64,000 bases of DNA from Nitrosopumilus sp. (GTDB taxonomy: Archaea > Thermoproteota > Nitrososphaeria > Nitrososphaerales > Nitrosopumilaceae). This document shows, one piece after another, positions 10,142 through 21,567 of this stretch. How positions within the stretch are numbered: position 1 is the stretch's first letter; every line of letters begins with the position of its first letter. The stretch spans positions 32,001 through 96,000 of the forward strand of contig CBDBGZ010000007.1 of the NCBI GenBank assembly GCA_965205425.1. Reading direction: 5' to 3'. A model generated the notes under the pieces. The model was not told where the DNA came from, ran no database searches, and saw only the letters and a program-made list of their open reading frames with translations. Position numbers and translations under genes: made by a program.

Positions 10142-11190
10142 TTCATAATCCTCGCTATAGCTATAGTCAAATTTGGTGGGAATTTCTGCTTTTCTACTAT
10201 TAATTGACCTTCAGATACTTTGATAGCAGCAGCTTCTGAAACACTTGCAGTTCCTTCAAAGGCTTTTACAGTTTCAGAAGGATTTGGAGCGGTAATTTCA
10301 GCTAAATCTTCCCTATTTACATACTCTACTGGAATTCCCATCTCTTTCCCAAGATCAATTAGTCCTTGTACGTCTTCAGGTTTTTTTATTGATACTAGTT
10401 TTGTAATTGATTTTGAACTTAGTTTGAATTTTTCTAAACAAAATTCAATTCCTTCTCTAATAGTTTCTTTTGTAGTATCCCAATGTAATCCAATACCAAT
10501 CACTAAACTAGGAGGACGATAAATTACGGATTCCTTAATTATTTCATCGTCAATTAATTTATCAGAAATTATAAGATGAGCTTTAGAATTTGAATTTTTT
10601 AAATCTTCTATACTTTCATAACTTACAACATTTTTTGGTAATTTTTTATACCAATTTTTATCCCCTGCTTCTTGAAATACACCTATTGGTTCTTCATTTA
10701 CCATATGTGCACTAATTTTTGTTACAGTAGAATCATCATCTATTTTCCAATTAAATTCTCTTCCTACTAAGTCGACTGCAATTGTTTTGTTTACATCAGC
10801 TGCAGTGGTAATTACAGATATAGCTCCTAATTTTTCTGCAATCTCTTCAGTAAGCTCATTAGCTCCTCCTATATGTCCTGATAAAACACTGATTACAAAA
10901 TTTGTTTTGTCATCTATCACAATTACTGCAGGATCTGTTTTTTTATCTTTCAAATATGGTGCAATTAATCTAATTACTGCCCCTAATGAAAAAATACAGA
11001 TTAATGCATTATTATTTTTAAAAAGTTCAACAATCTTCTCTGTTGTAGGCTCAGAATACCAAATAATTCCTGTTGCTTCAGTTGTTAGTTTTGATGGAGC
11101 AAATACACTCCAATTTGGAAATAATTTTTTTAGGTTTTCTCCAATTTTTACACCATTTTTAGTAATAACAAGAACTGATGTTTTTTCCAT
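10138..11190 (-). CDS. cbiG: Cobalt-precorrin-5A hydrolase
   Basis: KKTDPAV, SGHIGGAN, VITTA, SVSEAAA. Confidence 0.9.
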   Translation of the reverse strand: MEKTSVLVITKNGVKIGENLKKLFPNWSVFAPSKLTTEATGIIWYSEPTTEKIVELFKNNNALICIFSLGAVIRLIAPYLKDKKTDPAVIVIDDKTNFVISVLSGHIGGANELTEEIAEKLGAISVITTAADVNKTIAVDLVGREFNWKIDDDSTVTKISAHMVNEEPIGVFQEAGDKNWYKKLPKNVVSYESIEDLKNSNSKAHLIISDKLIDDEIIKESVIYRPPSLVIGIGLHWDTTKETIREGIEFCLEKFKLSSKSITKLVSIKKPEDVQGLIDLGKEMGIPVEYVNREDLAEITAPNPSETVKAFEGTASVSEAAAIKVSEGQLIVEKQKFPPNLTIAIARIMK

Positions 11191-11221
11191 AATCAAAATC
11201 TTCCAACTTTAATAAAATACC

Positions 11222-12325
11222 TTACTCTTCAGATTCCCTAGCCAAAATATTCCCTTCAAAATCAAATAATATCACATCAATTGGAACTTTTTCTTCAGAA
11301 TGTTTCCTCATATGTTTATACGTCTCACTAGAAATCAAGTCAAAAAATCCTGCAATTTTATTTTTTTGAATAATTTCTGAAACATGTCTAGCTGTATTTG
11401 CTTTTTTAATTTCTTGAACTACACTTCCATTAGCATTACATTTTTGAGCTAATTCTGCTAAAAAACCCATGTCTACTTTAGACCCTTTAACATGAGTTTG
11501 TTTAACCCCTGCTGCCATTTTTGCTAGCTTTCCAATAAAACCCACAACGTATGCTTTTTTGATATTTTTTCTACCGCATTGCTGAATTGCATATCCTGAA
11601 AAATCACCTATTTGTACAAAACAATGTTCAGGTAAATTTACTATTTTTTTTGCAAAATTTTCACTTCTTCCACCTGTTGTGAGTACTACTGTATCATTAC
11701 CAGCTGCAATTGACACATCCAAATTTTGTCTAATTGATGCTGCGTATGCTGCAGTAGAAAATGGAATAACAATTCCACTAGTTCCTAAAATTGAAATTCC
11801 ATTAATAATTCCTAATCTTGGATTATCTGTTTTAGGTCCTAGATCTTTTCCCTTAGGAACTGAAATCACTATTCTGATTCCTTTTTCTAAAAGAATTTCT
11901 TTTCCTACTTCCCTTAGATTTTCAATAATCATTTTTTTAGGAACTGGATTGATTGCAGGTTTGTTAATTTCCAAACCTAATCCAGGTTTGGTTACTATGC
12001 CTACTCCCTCACCCCCGTCAATCTCAATTTCATTTATTTTTTCAATAAATGATAATTCTACAATAATTTCTGCACCATGAGTAACATCAGGATCATCTCC
12101 TCCATTTTTGATAACTGAGCATTTTGCTCCATCAGATCTAAATTCACATGAATAGATTGGAATTTCGACATAGGATTTTTTTGGTAATAGAATATCTACC
12201 TTTTCAATTTTTTTCTGATTAATAATTGATAATAGAGCAGCTTTTGATGCAGCAGTTGCAGAACTTCCTGTAGTATAACCTGTCTTTAATTTTGTTTCTT
12301 CTTCTCCCACATTAGTTGTATTCAT
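11222..12325 (-). CDS. cbiD: Cobalt-precorrin-5B C1-methyltransferase
   Basis: GYTTGS, GGDDPDVTHG, NPRLGIINGISILGTSG. Confidence 0.95.
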   Translation of the reverse strand: MNTTNVGEEETKLKTGYTTGSSATAASKAALLSIINQKKIEKVDILLPKKSYVEIPIYSCEFRSDGAKCSVIKNGGDDPDVTHGAEIIVELSFIEKINEIEIDGGEGVGIVTKPGLGLEINKPAINPVPKKMIIENLREVGKEILLEKGIRIVISVPKGKDLGPKTDNPRLGIINGISILGTSGIVIPFSTAAYAASIRQNLDVSIAAGNDTVVLTTGGRSENFAKKIVNLPEHCFVQIGDFSGYAIQQCGRKNIKKAYVVGFIGKLAKMAAGVKQTHVKGSKVDMGFLAELAQKCNANGSVVQEIKKANTARHVSEIIQKNKIAGFFDLISSETYKHMRKHSEEKVPIDVILFDFEGNILARESEE

Positions 12326-12404
12326 TTTGTAGTATTAACTCTTATTTCATATTTTTTGAAAATTATTCAAATAGATTTAAAATTAAAACAAACTTGGTTC
12401 TATC

Positions 12405-13274
12405 ATGGTAAAATCTACAAAGATTGTCGTTACTGGAGCTAGTGGTTTTATTGCAAAAAATCTTCGAAAATATTTATCTGAGCAAAATATTGAATTAATC
12501 TCAATTTCTAGAAATGACTTTAAGAATTTTAAATGTGAAACTAAAATTATCTCAAAAAATTACGAAGAAAAAAATATACTTAAAAAAATTCAAAATTCAA
12601 ATGGATTAATTCATCTTGTTGGAATAGGAAAACAATCTATAAGCACTGATTATGATGTAATAAATACTGATTTAACAAAACATGTTGTAAATTTATGTAA
12701 AAAATCCAGAATAAAAAAAATTGTTTTTTTAAGTGGCTTGGGAGTATCTCCAACTACTTCATTAGGTTATTTTATTTCAAAATATAATGCTGAAAAACAA
12801 ATTATTGAATCTGGCTTGGATTTCACTATTTTTAGACCTTCATACATTGTTGGAAAAGATGATTTGTTATCAAAAAACCTAAAAAAACAAATTAAATCTG
12901 GAGAAATTATAATTCCAGGCTCTGGAACTTATTCAATCCAACCAATCCATGTGTTTGATGTTGTGAATATTCTTTTCAAATCTATATCTCAACTGGAATT
13001 TAATAATAAAATTATTGATCTTGTTGGTCCTGATTATGTTACTTTTGAAAAATATGTTAAACTCTTTTCCAAAGGAACTCAGACTAAAATTAAAAAAATT
13101 AATCTTGAGAAAGCATATCGTAATGCAATAGTGAATTCAAAATCTGATTTTGGAATTGATGATCTTAATATTCTAATTGGTAATTTTAAAGGCAATCACA
13201 AAAAATTATCTAAAATATCTAAAATTAAATTTCAATCTGTAATAGAATTACTACAATCCGGCAGATTGCTTTAA
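12405..13274 (+). CDS. NAD-dependent epimerase/dehydratase (atypical SDR)
   Basis: VTGASGFI, YxxSK, RPSYIVG. Confidence 0.85.
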   Translation: MVKSTKIVVTGASGFIAKNLRKYLSEQNIELISISRNDFKNFKCETKIISKNYEEKNILKKIQNSNGLIHLVGIGKQSISTDYDVINTDLTKHVVNLCKKSRIKKIVFLSGLGVSPTTSLGYFISKYNAEKQIIESGLDFTIFRPSYIVGKDDLLSKNLKKQIKSGEIIIPGSGTYSIQPIHVFDVVNILFKSISQLEFNNKIIDLVGPDYVTFEKYVKLFSKGTQTKIKKINLEKAYRNAIVNSKSDFGIDDLNILIGNFKGNHKKLSKISKIKFQSVIELLQSGRLL

Positions 13275-14417
13275 TGCTTCAGATTTGTCCGTTTTTTCCC
13301 AAGTAAATTCTGGTTCATTTCTTCCAAAATGACCATAGGCTGCAGTTTTTTTGTAAATGGGTCTCTTCAAATCTAGTTGTGAAATGATTCCTGATGGTTT
13401 CATGTCAAAATTCTTTCTAACTAAATCTTCAATTTGATTTTCAGGAATTTTGTTTGTTCCAAATGTATTGACGTACAATGATACTGGCTCTGCAACACCT
13501 ATTGCGTATGCAAGTTGGACTTCACATCTGTCTGCTAATCCTGCTGCAACTAGATTCTTTGCAATGTATCTACACATGTAACATGCAGATCTATCAACTT
13601 TTGATGGGTCTTTTCCTGAAAAAGCTCCACCACCATGTCTTCCAAATCCACCATAACTATCAACAATAATCTTTCTTCCAGTTAATCCTGCATCTCCATG
13701 TGGACCACCAATAACAAATTTACCTGTTGGGTTGATGTGAGTTTTGATATCCTCATTCCAAAGATTTCCTAAAACTGGTTTGATTACTTTATCAATGATC
13801 TCTCTAGAAATTTCTTCTTGGGAAATGTCTGGTGCATGCTGTGTTGATATAACTACCGTTTCGATTTTAGTAGGTTTGTTATCTTCATATCGTACAGATA
13901 CTTGTGATTTACCATCTGGTCTTACCCATGGTAAAGATTGATCTCTTCTTACTTGTGATAATTTTTGAATAAGTTTATGTGCTAACAAAATTGGCATAGG
14001 CATTAATTCTTCAGTTTCGTTTGATGCATAACCAAACATCAAACCTTGGTCACCTGCACCTTGTTCTTTTTCTTCTGTGGCAGTTACTCCTTGACTAATA
14101 TCTGGACTTTGTGAATGAAGTTTTAAATCAACTTTACATGTATCTCCATCAAACATCAAATCTTTGTTATCATATCCTATTTCCCTTATTGTTTTTCTAA
14201 CTAATTCTTCTTGAGCCTTTTGATCAAAAACAGCTTTTGACGTAACTTCTCCTGATACTACAACATAATCTGTAGTTACCATTGTTTCAACTGCAACTCT
14301 GGAATTTGGATCCTGTTTTAGGTATTCATCTAAAAATGCATCAGAAATATTATCACATACTTTGTCTGGGTGACCCTCTGTCACTGATTCGGAAGTAAAG
14401 AGAAAATTATTGGTCAT
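13251..14417 (-). CDS. metK: S-adenosylmethionine synthetase (bacterial/eukaryotic type)
   Basis: [28 protein letters not shown]. Confidence 0.97.
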   Translation of the reverse strand: MTNNFLFTSESVTEGHPDKVCDNISDAFLDEYLKQDPNSRVAVETMVTTDYVVVSGEVTSKAVFDQKAQEELVRKTIREIGYDNKDLMFDGDTCKVDLKLHSQSPDISQGVTATEEKEQGAGDQGLMFGYASNETEELMPMPILLAHKLIQKLSQVRRDQSLPWVRPDGKSQVSVRYEDNKPTKIETVVISTQHAPDISQEEISREIIDKVIKPVLGNLWNEDIKTHINPTGKFVIGGPHGDAGLTGRKIIVDSYGGFGRHGGGAFSGKDPSKVDRSACYMCRYIAKNLVAAGLADRCEVQLAYAIGVAEPVSLYVNTFGTNKIPENQIEDLVRKNFDMKPSGIISQLDLKRPIYKKTAAYGHFGRNEPEFTWEKTDKSEALKQSAGL

Positions 14418-14437
14418 AAAACCACATCATGTTAACA

Positions 14438-14683
14438 CTAGAGCTCGTTTTCTAGTTTGATAAATAATACATTATTGCCTCTTACGATAACTCTACCATA
14501 ATTTGCAATTGTTTTGCCATCATGAAGTTCTTCAGCATCAGTCATAATCAAATTCATATAAGAATCGACATTATCCATCTTTCCTTTGTATTCGACTTCA
14601 TTTTTCAGTCTAACAGTAACTTTCTTCTTTGTACTTTTTTGAAGAGTTGTTAGAGGTCTTTTTGCACTATTTGATTGGGACAC
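14438..14683 (-). CDS. Sm-like (Lsm/SmAP) RNA-binding protein
   Basis: Sm1 (DSYMNL) and Sm2 (IVRGNNV) motifs. Confidence 0.92.
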   Translation of the reverse strand: MSQSNSAKRPLTTLQKSTKKKVTVRLKNEVEYKGKMDNVDSYMNLIMTDAEELHDGKTIANYGRVIVRGNNVLFIKLENEL

Positions 14684-14791
14684 TAATTGTTCACTTATTT
14701 TGCAACTTTAGTCTCTAGCATAAAAGCCTTGCCTCCTTTGTGTATATTCAAATTCCTTAAATTTTTTCTTAGTTTTCTAATAATTACACAA

Positions 14792-15451
14792 ATGATCTCT
14801 ACGGGTTTACAAAAATTAGACCAATTCTTGTCTGGGGGAATTCCAGATAGTGTTATTGTAGATATTTTTGGTGAAAACGGAACGGGTAAAACATTGCTAT
14901 TATTACAATTATTAATAAATTCAATAAAAAATGGTGGAAATGTTTTGTATTTAGATACAACAGGAGGGTTCAGACCAGAACGAATTCTAGAGATTCAAAA
15001 AGAATATGAAATAGAAATTAATTTACTTGAAAAAATAACTGTATCTAGAGTTACAAATACTTCAGAACAAATCAAATCAATTAACAATATTGAAACAAAT
15101 GATTTTTCTCTTATAGTAATTGATAATATTACAGATTTATTTTCATATGAATATCAAAAAGATGAATCAACTTTTGAAAAAAATTCTCTATTCATGAAAT
15201 ATATGTACACTTTATCAAACTTTGCTATTACAAAAAAAATCCCAATTATTATCACAAATATGATTAGAACGAGTGATGGTAAAGAAATTGAAAATATGCA
15301 AAATTCAATTGATCCTTTTACACATATCAAAATCCATCTTTTTAAAAATTCATCAAAATTTCATGGTCAAATCTATTGGGCATTAAAAAAAGAAAATTTT
15401 TCATACACAATTAACAAAATTGGTCTTTTAGATACTACTGAAGATTTTTAA
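14792..15451 (+). CDS. RecA/RadA-paralog ATPase (RadB-like)
   Basis: ISTGLQKLD, Walker A GENGTGKT, YLDT..F.PER, Walker B IVID; start moved to ATG 14792. Confidence 0.8.
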   Translation: MISTGLQKLDQFLSGGIPDSVIVDIFGENGTGKTLLLLQLLINSIKNGGNVLYLDTTGGFRPERILEIQKEYEIEINLLEKITVSRVTNTSEQIKSINNIETNDFSLIVIDNITDLFSYEYQKDESTFEKNSLFMKYMYTLSNFAITKKIPIIITNMIRTSDGKEIENMQNSIDPFTHIKIHLFKNSSKFHGQIYWALKKENFSYTINKIGLLDTTEDF

Positions 15452-15473
15452 TAGTCTACTCTTAGATAAAACC

Positions 15474-15593
15474 ATGGCAGAAATTTTTGATTCAATACCA
15501 ATTATCACTGTAGTTTTATTTGCATTAGGATTAGTTGGTGTAATTGTTTATGAAAGATCACGATCAAATAACCCAGTTGAATCCACTTCTTGA
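15474..15593 (+). CDS. 39-aa single-TM microprotein overlapping the helicase start (not in ORF track)
   Basis: MAEIFDSIPIITVVLFALGLVGVIVYERSRSNNPVESTS*. Confidence 0.5.
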   Translation: MAEIFDSIPIITVVLFALGLVGVIVYERSRSNNPVESTS

Positions 15594-18291
15594 TTCATTA
15601 TTTGGAAAATTTGGATTTTCTAAACTAACTGAGATTCAAAAAAAAGCATCACCAATAATTTTACAAAAAAAAGACTGCCTTGTAATTGCTCCAACAGGTT
15701 CAGGAAAAACAGAATGTTCAGTAATTCCAATTTTTTCATTGTTAAAAAATTCTAAACAATCTAGAAAAATTAAAATGCTTTACATCACTCCTTTACGAGC
15801 CTTAAATCGTGATGTATTTAGAAGAATCACAAATTATGCACATGAAAATCAATTAACAATTGAAATTAGACATGGTGATACTAGTCAAAAAGATAGAAAA
15901 AAAATAACTGAAAATCCCCCTGATATTTTAATCACAACTCCTGAAACTTTGGTTATTCTTTTAACACAGGTTAAAATGCTTAATGCATTATATGATTTAG
16001 AATGGATTGTTATAGATGAAGTACATGAATTATTATCTAGCGAACGAGGTTCTCAATTATCATTAAGTATTGAAAGACTAGAATTAAACTCAAAATATCC
16101 ACTTACAAAAATTGGATTATCTGCAACTGTGGGAAATTTTGATGAAGCCGGAAAATTTGTTGTAGGCACTAAACGAAAATGTCAGATAATTAGAGATACA
16201 TCTGTTAGAAAATATGATGTTGAAATCAAATATGTCAAAGGAACAATTTCAGATGTTGCAGAGAAAATAGTTGAATATGTATTGGAATTGAAGTTAGATT
16301 CCCCCATACTTCTATTTACAAACACTCGAGGAGAAGCAGAGTTTTTAGCATCAGTATTAAAACAAAAATCTTCTATTCCAATAGAATTACACCATGGTTC
16401 TCTATCAAAAGAAGTTAGAGAAGAAACAGAACAAACTTTGCGTGAAGGAAAATATGGTATTGTAGTATGTACATCATCATTAGAATTAGGATTAGATATT
16501 GGTTCAGTTGAATTAGTAATTCATTATGGTTCTCCAAGACAAGTGTCAAAGTTTGTTCAAAGAATAGGTAGAAGTAAACATAATCGTGATGCATCAGCTC
16601 AAGGATTAATCATTACAAATAATCCTGATGATGAATTTGAAGCACAAGCAATCCTTGATCGTATTCAAGAAGGTTCTATTGAAGAACAAAAAATTCATGA
16701 TGGCTCTTTAGATGTTTTAGCTCATCATTTAGTTGGATTATCTATGCAAATTGGTGAAATTACAGTTGAACAAGCTTTTGAATTAGTTACAAAGGCATAT
16801 TCGTTTAGAAATTTAAAAATTCAGGATCTAATAGATGTCTTAGATTTACTTGATTCAAACTATTTGATATTTTTTGATAGACTAAAAATGACTTATTGGA
16901 AAAAAGGAGGTTCTTTCAAATATTATTTCGAAAATCTTTCAACAATACCTGATATTCTTAAATTCAAAGTTTTTGATAGTGTTGGGAAAAAAATTATTGG
17001 ATCTTTAGATCAAAGATTTGTAGGAGATCATGGAGATTCAGGAAATATTTTTGTATTGAAAGGTTCGCAATGGAGAATTCTAAATGTTGATGAAAAATCA
17101 TTTAGTGTAAATGTTGAACCTTTCAGAGGCGGAGGAATTACAGTGCCATATTGGGAAGGAGAAAGTATACCCATTGACTATAAAACTGCGCGTAAAGTAG
17201 GAAATTTTCGTAGTAAAGTTAAGAATGGAAGTTTAACTTTAACAAATAATGTAATTGAAAAATTAAATTTTGATAAAATTCCTGATGAAAATAACCTTGT
17301 AATTGAATCTAATAGATCTCAGGGTTCAATTGTAATTCATTCTTGTCTTGGTACTAAGATCAATTCTACTCTATCCACATTACTATCTTCTGTGCTTTCA
17401 TCCATGTTAGGTTCAATCGTTGATTTTCGTTCTGATGGTTATAGAATTGTTTTATCTTCTAATTCTAGAATTTCAGAAAAACTTTTCATGGAAACTATAA
17501 AAGATGATTATGATTTACAGTCTGTTGTTAGTGCTTCTTTAACTGGAACTCATAATGTAAATTGGAAAACATGGTGTGTTGCAAAAAAATTTGGAGTTGT
17601 AGGTCGTGGGGCAATATATGAAAGAAAATCTGCTCGATTTTTGTACGAACGATATTCCAAAACAGCACTTGTACATGAAGCACTACGAGAATTATTTCAT
17701 GATAAATATGATCTTAAAAATTCTGAAAAAATTCTAAAAAAAATCCAAGGAGATGAAATTCATATAACTTGGATAGATGTTGATCAATATTCTAAATTAG
17801 CTCTGCCAATTTTAGATCATACTGCTAAATATTATTCCTCTCCTGCAAATCTTGACAAAGGAATTCTTGATCTCGTAAAAGCTAGATTAGAAAAAACAAA
17901 ACATCGTTTGATTTGTGCTCGATGTGGAAAGTGGGAACGAGTATTTCAAACATCTGAGGTAAAAAATTTACTAATATGTCCATATTGTAAAGCAAGACAA
18001 ATTACTACAACGTATTATTCTGATTATGATCTACCTAAAATTATTAGAAAAAAACATGATGGAAAAAGATTAACTGCAGATGAAAAACACAAGTTTGATC
18101 GTGCCTGGAAAGTTGCATCATTAGTGGAAAATTTTGGGAAAATCGCTATTACTGTAATTTCTGGATATGGTGTTGGTGCTGATACTGCGGCAAGGATTTT
18201 GAGAAATATGGTGGATGAAGAACATTTGTTTAAACAAATCTATGAAGCAGAAAGACAATACGTTGTAACCAGGGGTTTTTGGGATTCTTAG
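15550..18291 (+). CDS. lhr: Lhr-like SF2 DEAD/H helicase
   Basis: APTGSGKT, DEVHE, HHGSL, SLELGLDIG, QRIGR, C-terminal Zn motif. Confidence 0.9.
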   Translation: MKDHDQITQLNPLLDSLFGKFGFSKLTEIQKKASPIILQKKDCLVIAPTGSGKTECSVIPIFSLLKNSKQSRKIKMLYITPLRALNRDVFRRITNYAHENQLTIEIRHGDTSQKDRKKITENPPDILITTPETLVILLTQVKMLNALYDLEWIVIDEVHELLSSERGSQLSLSIERLELNSKYPLTKIGLSATVGNFDEAGKFVVGTKRKCQIIRDTSVRKYDVEIKYVKGTISDVAEKIVEYVLELKLDSPILLFTNTRGEAEFLASVLKQKSSIPIELHHGSLSKEVREETEQTLREGKYGIVVCTSSLELGLDIGSVELVIHYGSPRQVSKFVQRIGRSKHNRDASAQGLIITNNPDDEFEAQAILDRIQEGSIEEQKIHDGSLDVLAHHLVGLSMQIGEITVEQAFELVTKAYSFRNLKIQDLIDVLDLLDSNYLIFFDRLKMTYWKKGGSFKYYFENLSTIPDILKFKVFDSVGKKIIGSLDQRFVGDHGDSGNIFVLKGSQWRILNVDEKSFSVNVEPFRGGGITVPYWEGESIPIDYKTARKVGNFRSKVKNGSLTLTNNVIEKLNFDKIPDENNLVIESNRSQGSIVIHSCLGTKINSTLSTLLSSVLSSMLGSIVDFRSDGYRIVLSSNSRISEKLFMETIKDDYDLQSVVSASLTGTHNVNWKTWCVAKKFGVVGRGAIYERKSARFLYERYSKTALVHEALRELFHDKYDLKNSEKILKKIQGDEIHITWIDVDQYSKLALPILDHTAKYYSSPANLDKGILDLVKARLEKTKHRLICARCGKWERVFQTSEVKNLLICPYCKARQITTTYYSDYDLPKIIRKKHDGKRLTADEKHKFDRAWKVASLVENFGKIAITVISGYGVGADTAARILRNMVDEEHLFKQIYEAERQYVVTRGFWDS

Positions 18292-19685
18292 TTCTTCTTT
18301 GTGATTTTAGAGAATGAAGTTACAAATAGTTCTATTCTGCCTTCTAGTCCAGCTTTTGCATTAAGTCCTGTAATGGAAATAATTTCTCCTAATTCACATT
18401 TATCAATAATTCTTGCTTGATTCCTCCAACCTTTTACCCAAATTTGTCCTGTATCATCTTCAACAAACATTTCTGAAAGTGCTATTGATTCTCCAGATTT
18501 TGTTTGAACTTCACGTCTTTCAGGAACTTTCAACACAATTGCTTCAATACAATAACTAGAATCTACTTTGACGTCATTAATTTTTGTTCTAAGTTGAGAT
18601 AATGATGGAATTGATTCATCATTTTCTAATTTTCTTACAAAAGAATTTTCATCTAACGTAATTGAATTTCCATAAATTTTTGATGGCATGCATTCTATTA
18701 CGTCTCCTTCTGCACAAATATTGGTTGAATTTGAAAAATCACTAATATTGAACAAATTCTTTTTATTATCTACTGCTAAAATCATGTTTTTACCATTTTC
18801 TGTTGGTGATATAGAAAGAACTCTAGTGATTATTGGTTCTGCTTCTTTTCCTCCTTCAATTTCAACAATTGTTGCATCATTTCCATGAATTTCTAATCCC
18901 TGATTTCCTGATTTTACTCTAACGCCAAGTAATCGTACTTTGGCTGATTTTGAAATCATGTTAGGAATGGTGGATTCATCTTTACCCCATAATACTACTC
19001 TCATTCCACTTCCATCTTTTCCCTTTAGTCTCATTCTTAGTGCTTTTCCAGGCATTCCCCGAGAATTTGTAAATTCCATCCCGCTAATTACACCATCAAT
19101 AGTTCCTGAAATTACCAGATCTTTTTGTCCTTCTTGAGATTCACTGACATCTTTTGTGATAGTATCTATTGTTGGAATTTCACTTGTTGTATCAGTAGTT
19201 TCTATATTTGATCCAGAACCAATGTTTATTGTTGGAGACCCATCAAGATCTGATTTAACATAAGCTTTAATGATTTTAATTAAATCTCCAGGTTTTAGAT
19301 TTTCAACTCCTGGAAGATTAGCTTTTTCATCCCATAATTTTACACTAGCCGTAGAATTTGTATCATATACAGTCATTGTTCGAAGATAAAATGGAGATCC
19401 ATCTTTTCTAGAAAATTGTTTTGCAGCTGACAAATTTAGCACTCTTGTTTCTAATGAAATTTCTTTTGCTCCTGCATATAGATCCTTTAAACTGATTTCT
19501 AATTTTTGTGGTTCTGATAATGTAATTCCATAATCAGATGCAATTAAAAATAATGCACCTTGATCAGTTAAATATCCAGCACCAATTTTTTCTTTTTTCT
19601 GTTTTATTTGTTCTTCAAGATCTGCTTTAGATAATTCTGATTTTTGTTCTAGAAATTTATTGATAAGATTTTCAAATTCTGACAA
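18288..19685 (-). CDS. rpa: Multi-OB-fold single-stranded DNA-binding protein (RPA)
   Basis: Repeated OB folds (FSRKDGS...VKLWD; VEDDTGQIWVKGW). Confidence 0.8.
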   Translation of the reverse strand: MSEFENLINKFLEQKSELSKADLEEQIKQKKEKIGAGYLTDQGALFLIASDYGITLSEPQKLEISLKDLYAGAKEISLETRVLNLSAAKQFSRKDGSPFYLRTMTVYDTNSTASVKLWDEKANLPGVENLKPGDLIKIIKAYVKSDLDGSPTINIGSGSNIETTDTTSEIPTIDTITKDVSESQEGQKDLVISGTIDGVISGMEFTNSRGMPGKALRMRLKGKDGSGMRVVLWGKDESTIPNMISKSAKVRLLGVRVKSGNQGLEIHGNDATIVEIEGGKEAEPIITRVLSISPTENGKNMILAVDNKKNLFNISDFSNSTNICAEGDVIECMPSKIYGNSITLDENSFVRKLENDESIPSLSQLRTKINDVKVDSSYCIEAIVLKVPERREVQTKSGESIALSEMFVEDDTGQIWVKGWRNQARIIDKCELGEIISITGLNAKAGLEGRIELFVTSFSKITKKN

Positions 19686-19874
19686 TTCATTTTTGATAAA
19701 CTTGTTCTATTAATAAAAATTTCATTCTATTGATGATATTATTTTTTTACAAAATGATCGCTTTATCAGATTTTTGTCATATTTTCAAAAAATGATATTA
19801 TAGTTATACCCAATTCATCCATTTTTTTGTATTTATCTCACTAACTAAATTAATAGGAAGATCGCAGATTTGTT

Positions 19875-20813
19875 ATGTCATGTATTGAAGTGTATCATCT
19901 TTCAAAATTGTATGGTTCGGTTCATGCAGTAGATGATCTAGTATTATCCATAAAATCAGGTCAAGTTTTTGGATTTTTGGGACCTAATGGTGCAGGTAAA
20001 TCCACCACCATCAAACTTCTTACTACTCTAATTCCACCATCAAGTGGTTCATTATCTATTCTGGGTGTTGATGCAGTTTCAAACCCACTTCAAATTCGTC
20101 ATAAAATTGGTGTGGTCTTACAGCAACCTAGCTATGAGCCTACATTATCTGTTGAAAAATCTCTTGAGAAATATGGAATGATGTGGAATGTACCAAAAAC
20201 TGAATGTAAAAAAAGAATGGAGCAACTATTGAAAGACTTTGGTCTAGTTGAAATTCGTAAACAAAGAAATGAAGATCTGTCTATTGGCCAAAGAAGACGA
20301 GTTCAGGTAGCACGAGAATTTATGCATGATATGGAATTATTGTTTTTAGATGAACCTACTGTAGGATTAGATCCTAGTGCTAGAAGAAAATTACTAGATT
20401 ATTTAAAAAATAAAGTTAAAACGGGGTTAACAATTTTTTATACTACACATATTCTATCTGAGGCAGAGTATCTTTGTGATCAGATTGCTATTATTGATAA
20501 AGGTAAAATTGTAACAGTTGATTCCCCTGATGCTTTAAAAAATAGATTTGGAAAAGAAAAAACTATTAAAATTCATTTATTAGAAAAGCAATCTGATGTT
20601 CCTTCACTTTTATCTGGAATATCAGATTGTAAAATTGATTTTAAAACTGGAACTAATATTATAATTCATTCAGAACAATCTAAATTGGTTTTGTTACAAG
20701 TTTTGAAAATACTTAATGATAATAAAATTGAGATAGAAGATTTATCTGCAGTACCGACAAATCTTGAAGAAATATTCTTAAACATGGTAAGAGAAAATGC
20801 ATCCAATAATTAG
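19875..20813 (+). CDS. ABC-2 type transporter ATP-binding protein
   Basis: GPNGAGKST, LSIGQ, LDEPT. Confidence 0.93.
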   Translation: MSCIEVYHLSKLYGSVHAVDDLVLSIKSGQVFGFLGPNGAGKSTTIKLLTTLIPPSSGSLSILGVDAVSNPLQIRHKIGVVLQQPSYEPTLSVEKSLEKYGMMWNVPKTECKKRMEQLLKDFGLVEIRKQRNEDLSIGQRRRVQVAREFMHDMELLFLDEPTVGLDPSARRKLLDYLKNKVKTGLTIFYTTHILSEAEYLCDQIAIIDKGKIVTVDSPDALKNRFGKEKTIKIHLLEKQSDVPSLLSGISDCKIDFKTGTNIIIHSEQSKLVLLQVLKILNDNKIEIEDLSAVPTNLEEIFLNMVRENASNN

Positions 20814-21558
20814 ATTAGTAAATAGAAATCTTACGATTTCTCTTAATCCTGGCTTTTTAATTTGGCAAATAATCTTTCCTTTGATCTATATTTTTGTTGC
20901 AGGATTTGCTTATGCACCATTAATCAATGCAGTTCCATTTGGAAATAAAGAACTTGATTATCCTGCATTTTTAGCTTCAGGTATGATTGGATTTAATATC
21001 ATGAACAGTACGCTAATTTCTGGAATTATAATTTGGAATGATAGAAAACACGGAATGTTTGAACAAATTATGTCTGGGCCATTCACTAGAAGTCATTATA
21101 TTCTTAGTAATATTTGCACAATAGGAATTATTGGTTTAGTTAGTGCAACGTTAATAGCAGTAGTAGGATACCCTGTATTTTTTGAATCTGTAGAATTTTC
21201 TCTAGTAACAATACCTATAATCATTTTTGGAGCTATCACTGGCTCTGTGCTTTTTGGTTCGCTAGCCTCAATTATCTCCACTAGATTACGCTCAAGTGAA
21301 GGATTTAATGTAATTATTAACACCGTTTTTCTTTTCTTCGCTTTTGTTAGTACTGCATTTTATCCAGCTGGTGGTGCGCCTGAACCATTAAGAACCGCAT
21401 TTTATCTAAATCCATTAACATATCTTGTTGATGTAATTAGGGCTGGAATTTTTGGAACTATTACTGAATTTGTGATACTAGAAATGATAATCCTTGTTGC
21501 TATGGCATCTGTATTATTTGTAATTGCATCTAGACTTTTAACTAAATTAGATTTTTAG
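20797..21558 (+). CDS. ABC-2 type transporter permease
   Basis: About 6 TM helices; NPLTY; overlaps the ATPase gene. Confidence 0.9.
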   Translation: MHPIIRLVNRNLTISLNPGFLIWQIIFPLIYIFVAGFAYAPLINAVPFGNKELDYPAFLASGMIGFNIMNSTLISGIIIWNDRKHGMFEQIMSGPFTRSHYILSNICTIGIIGLVSATLIAVVGYPVFFESVEFSLVTIPIIIFGAITGSVLFGSLASIISTRLRSSEGFNVIINTVFLFFAFVSTAFYPAGGAPEPLRTAFYLNPLTYLVDVIRAGIFGTITEFVILEMIILVAMASVLFVIASRLLTKLDF

Positions 21559-21567
21559 AATTTGAAA

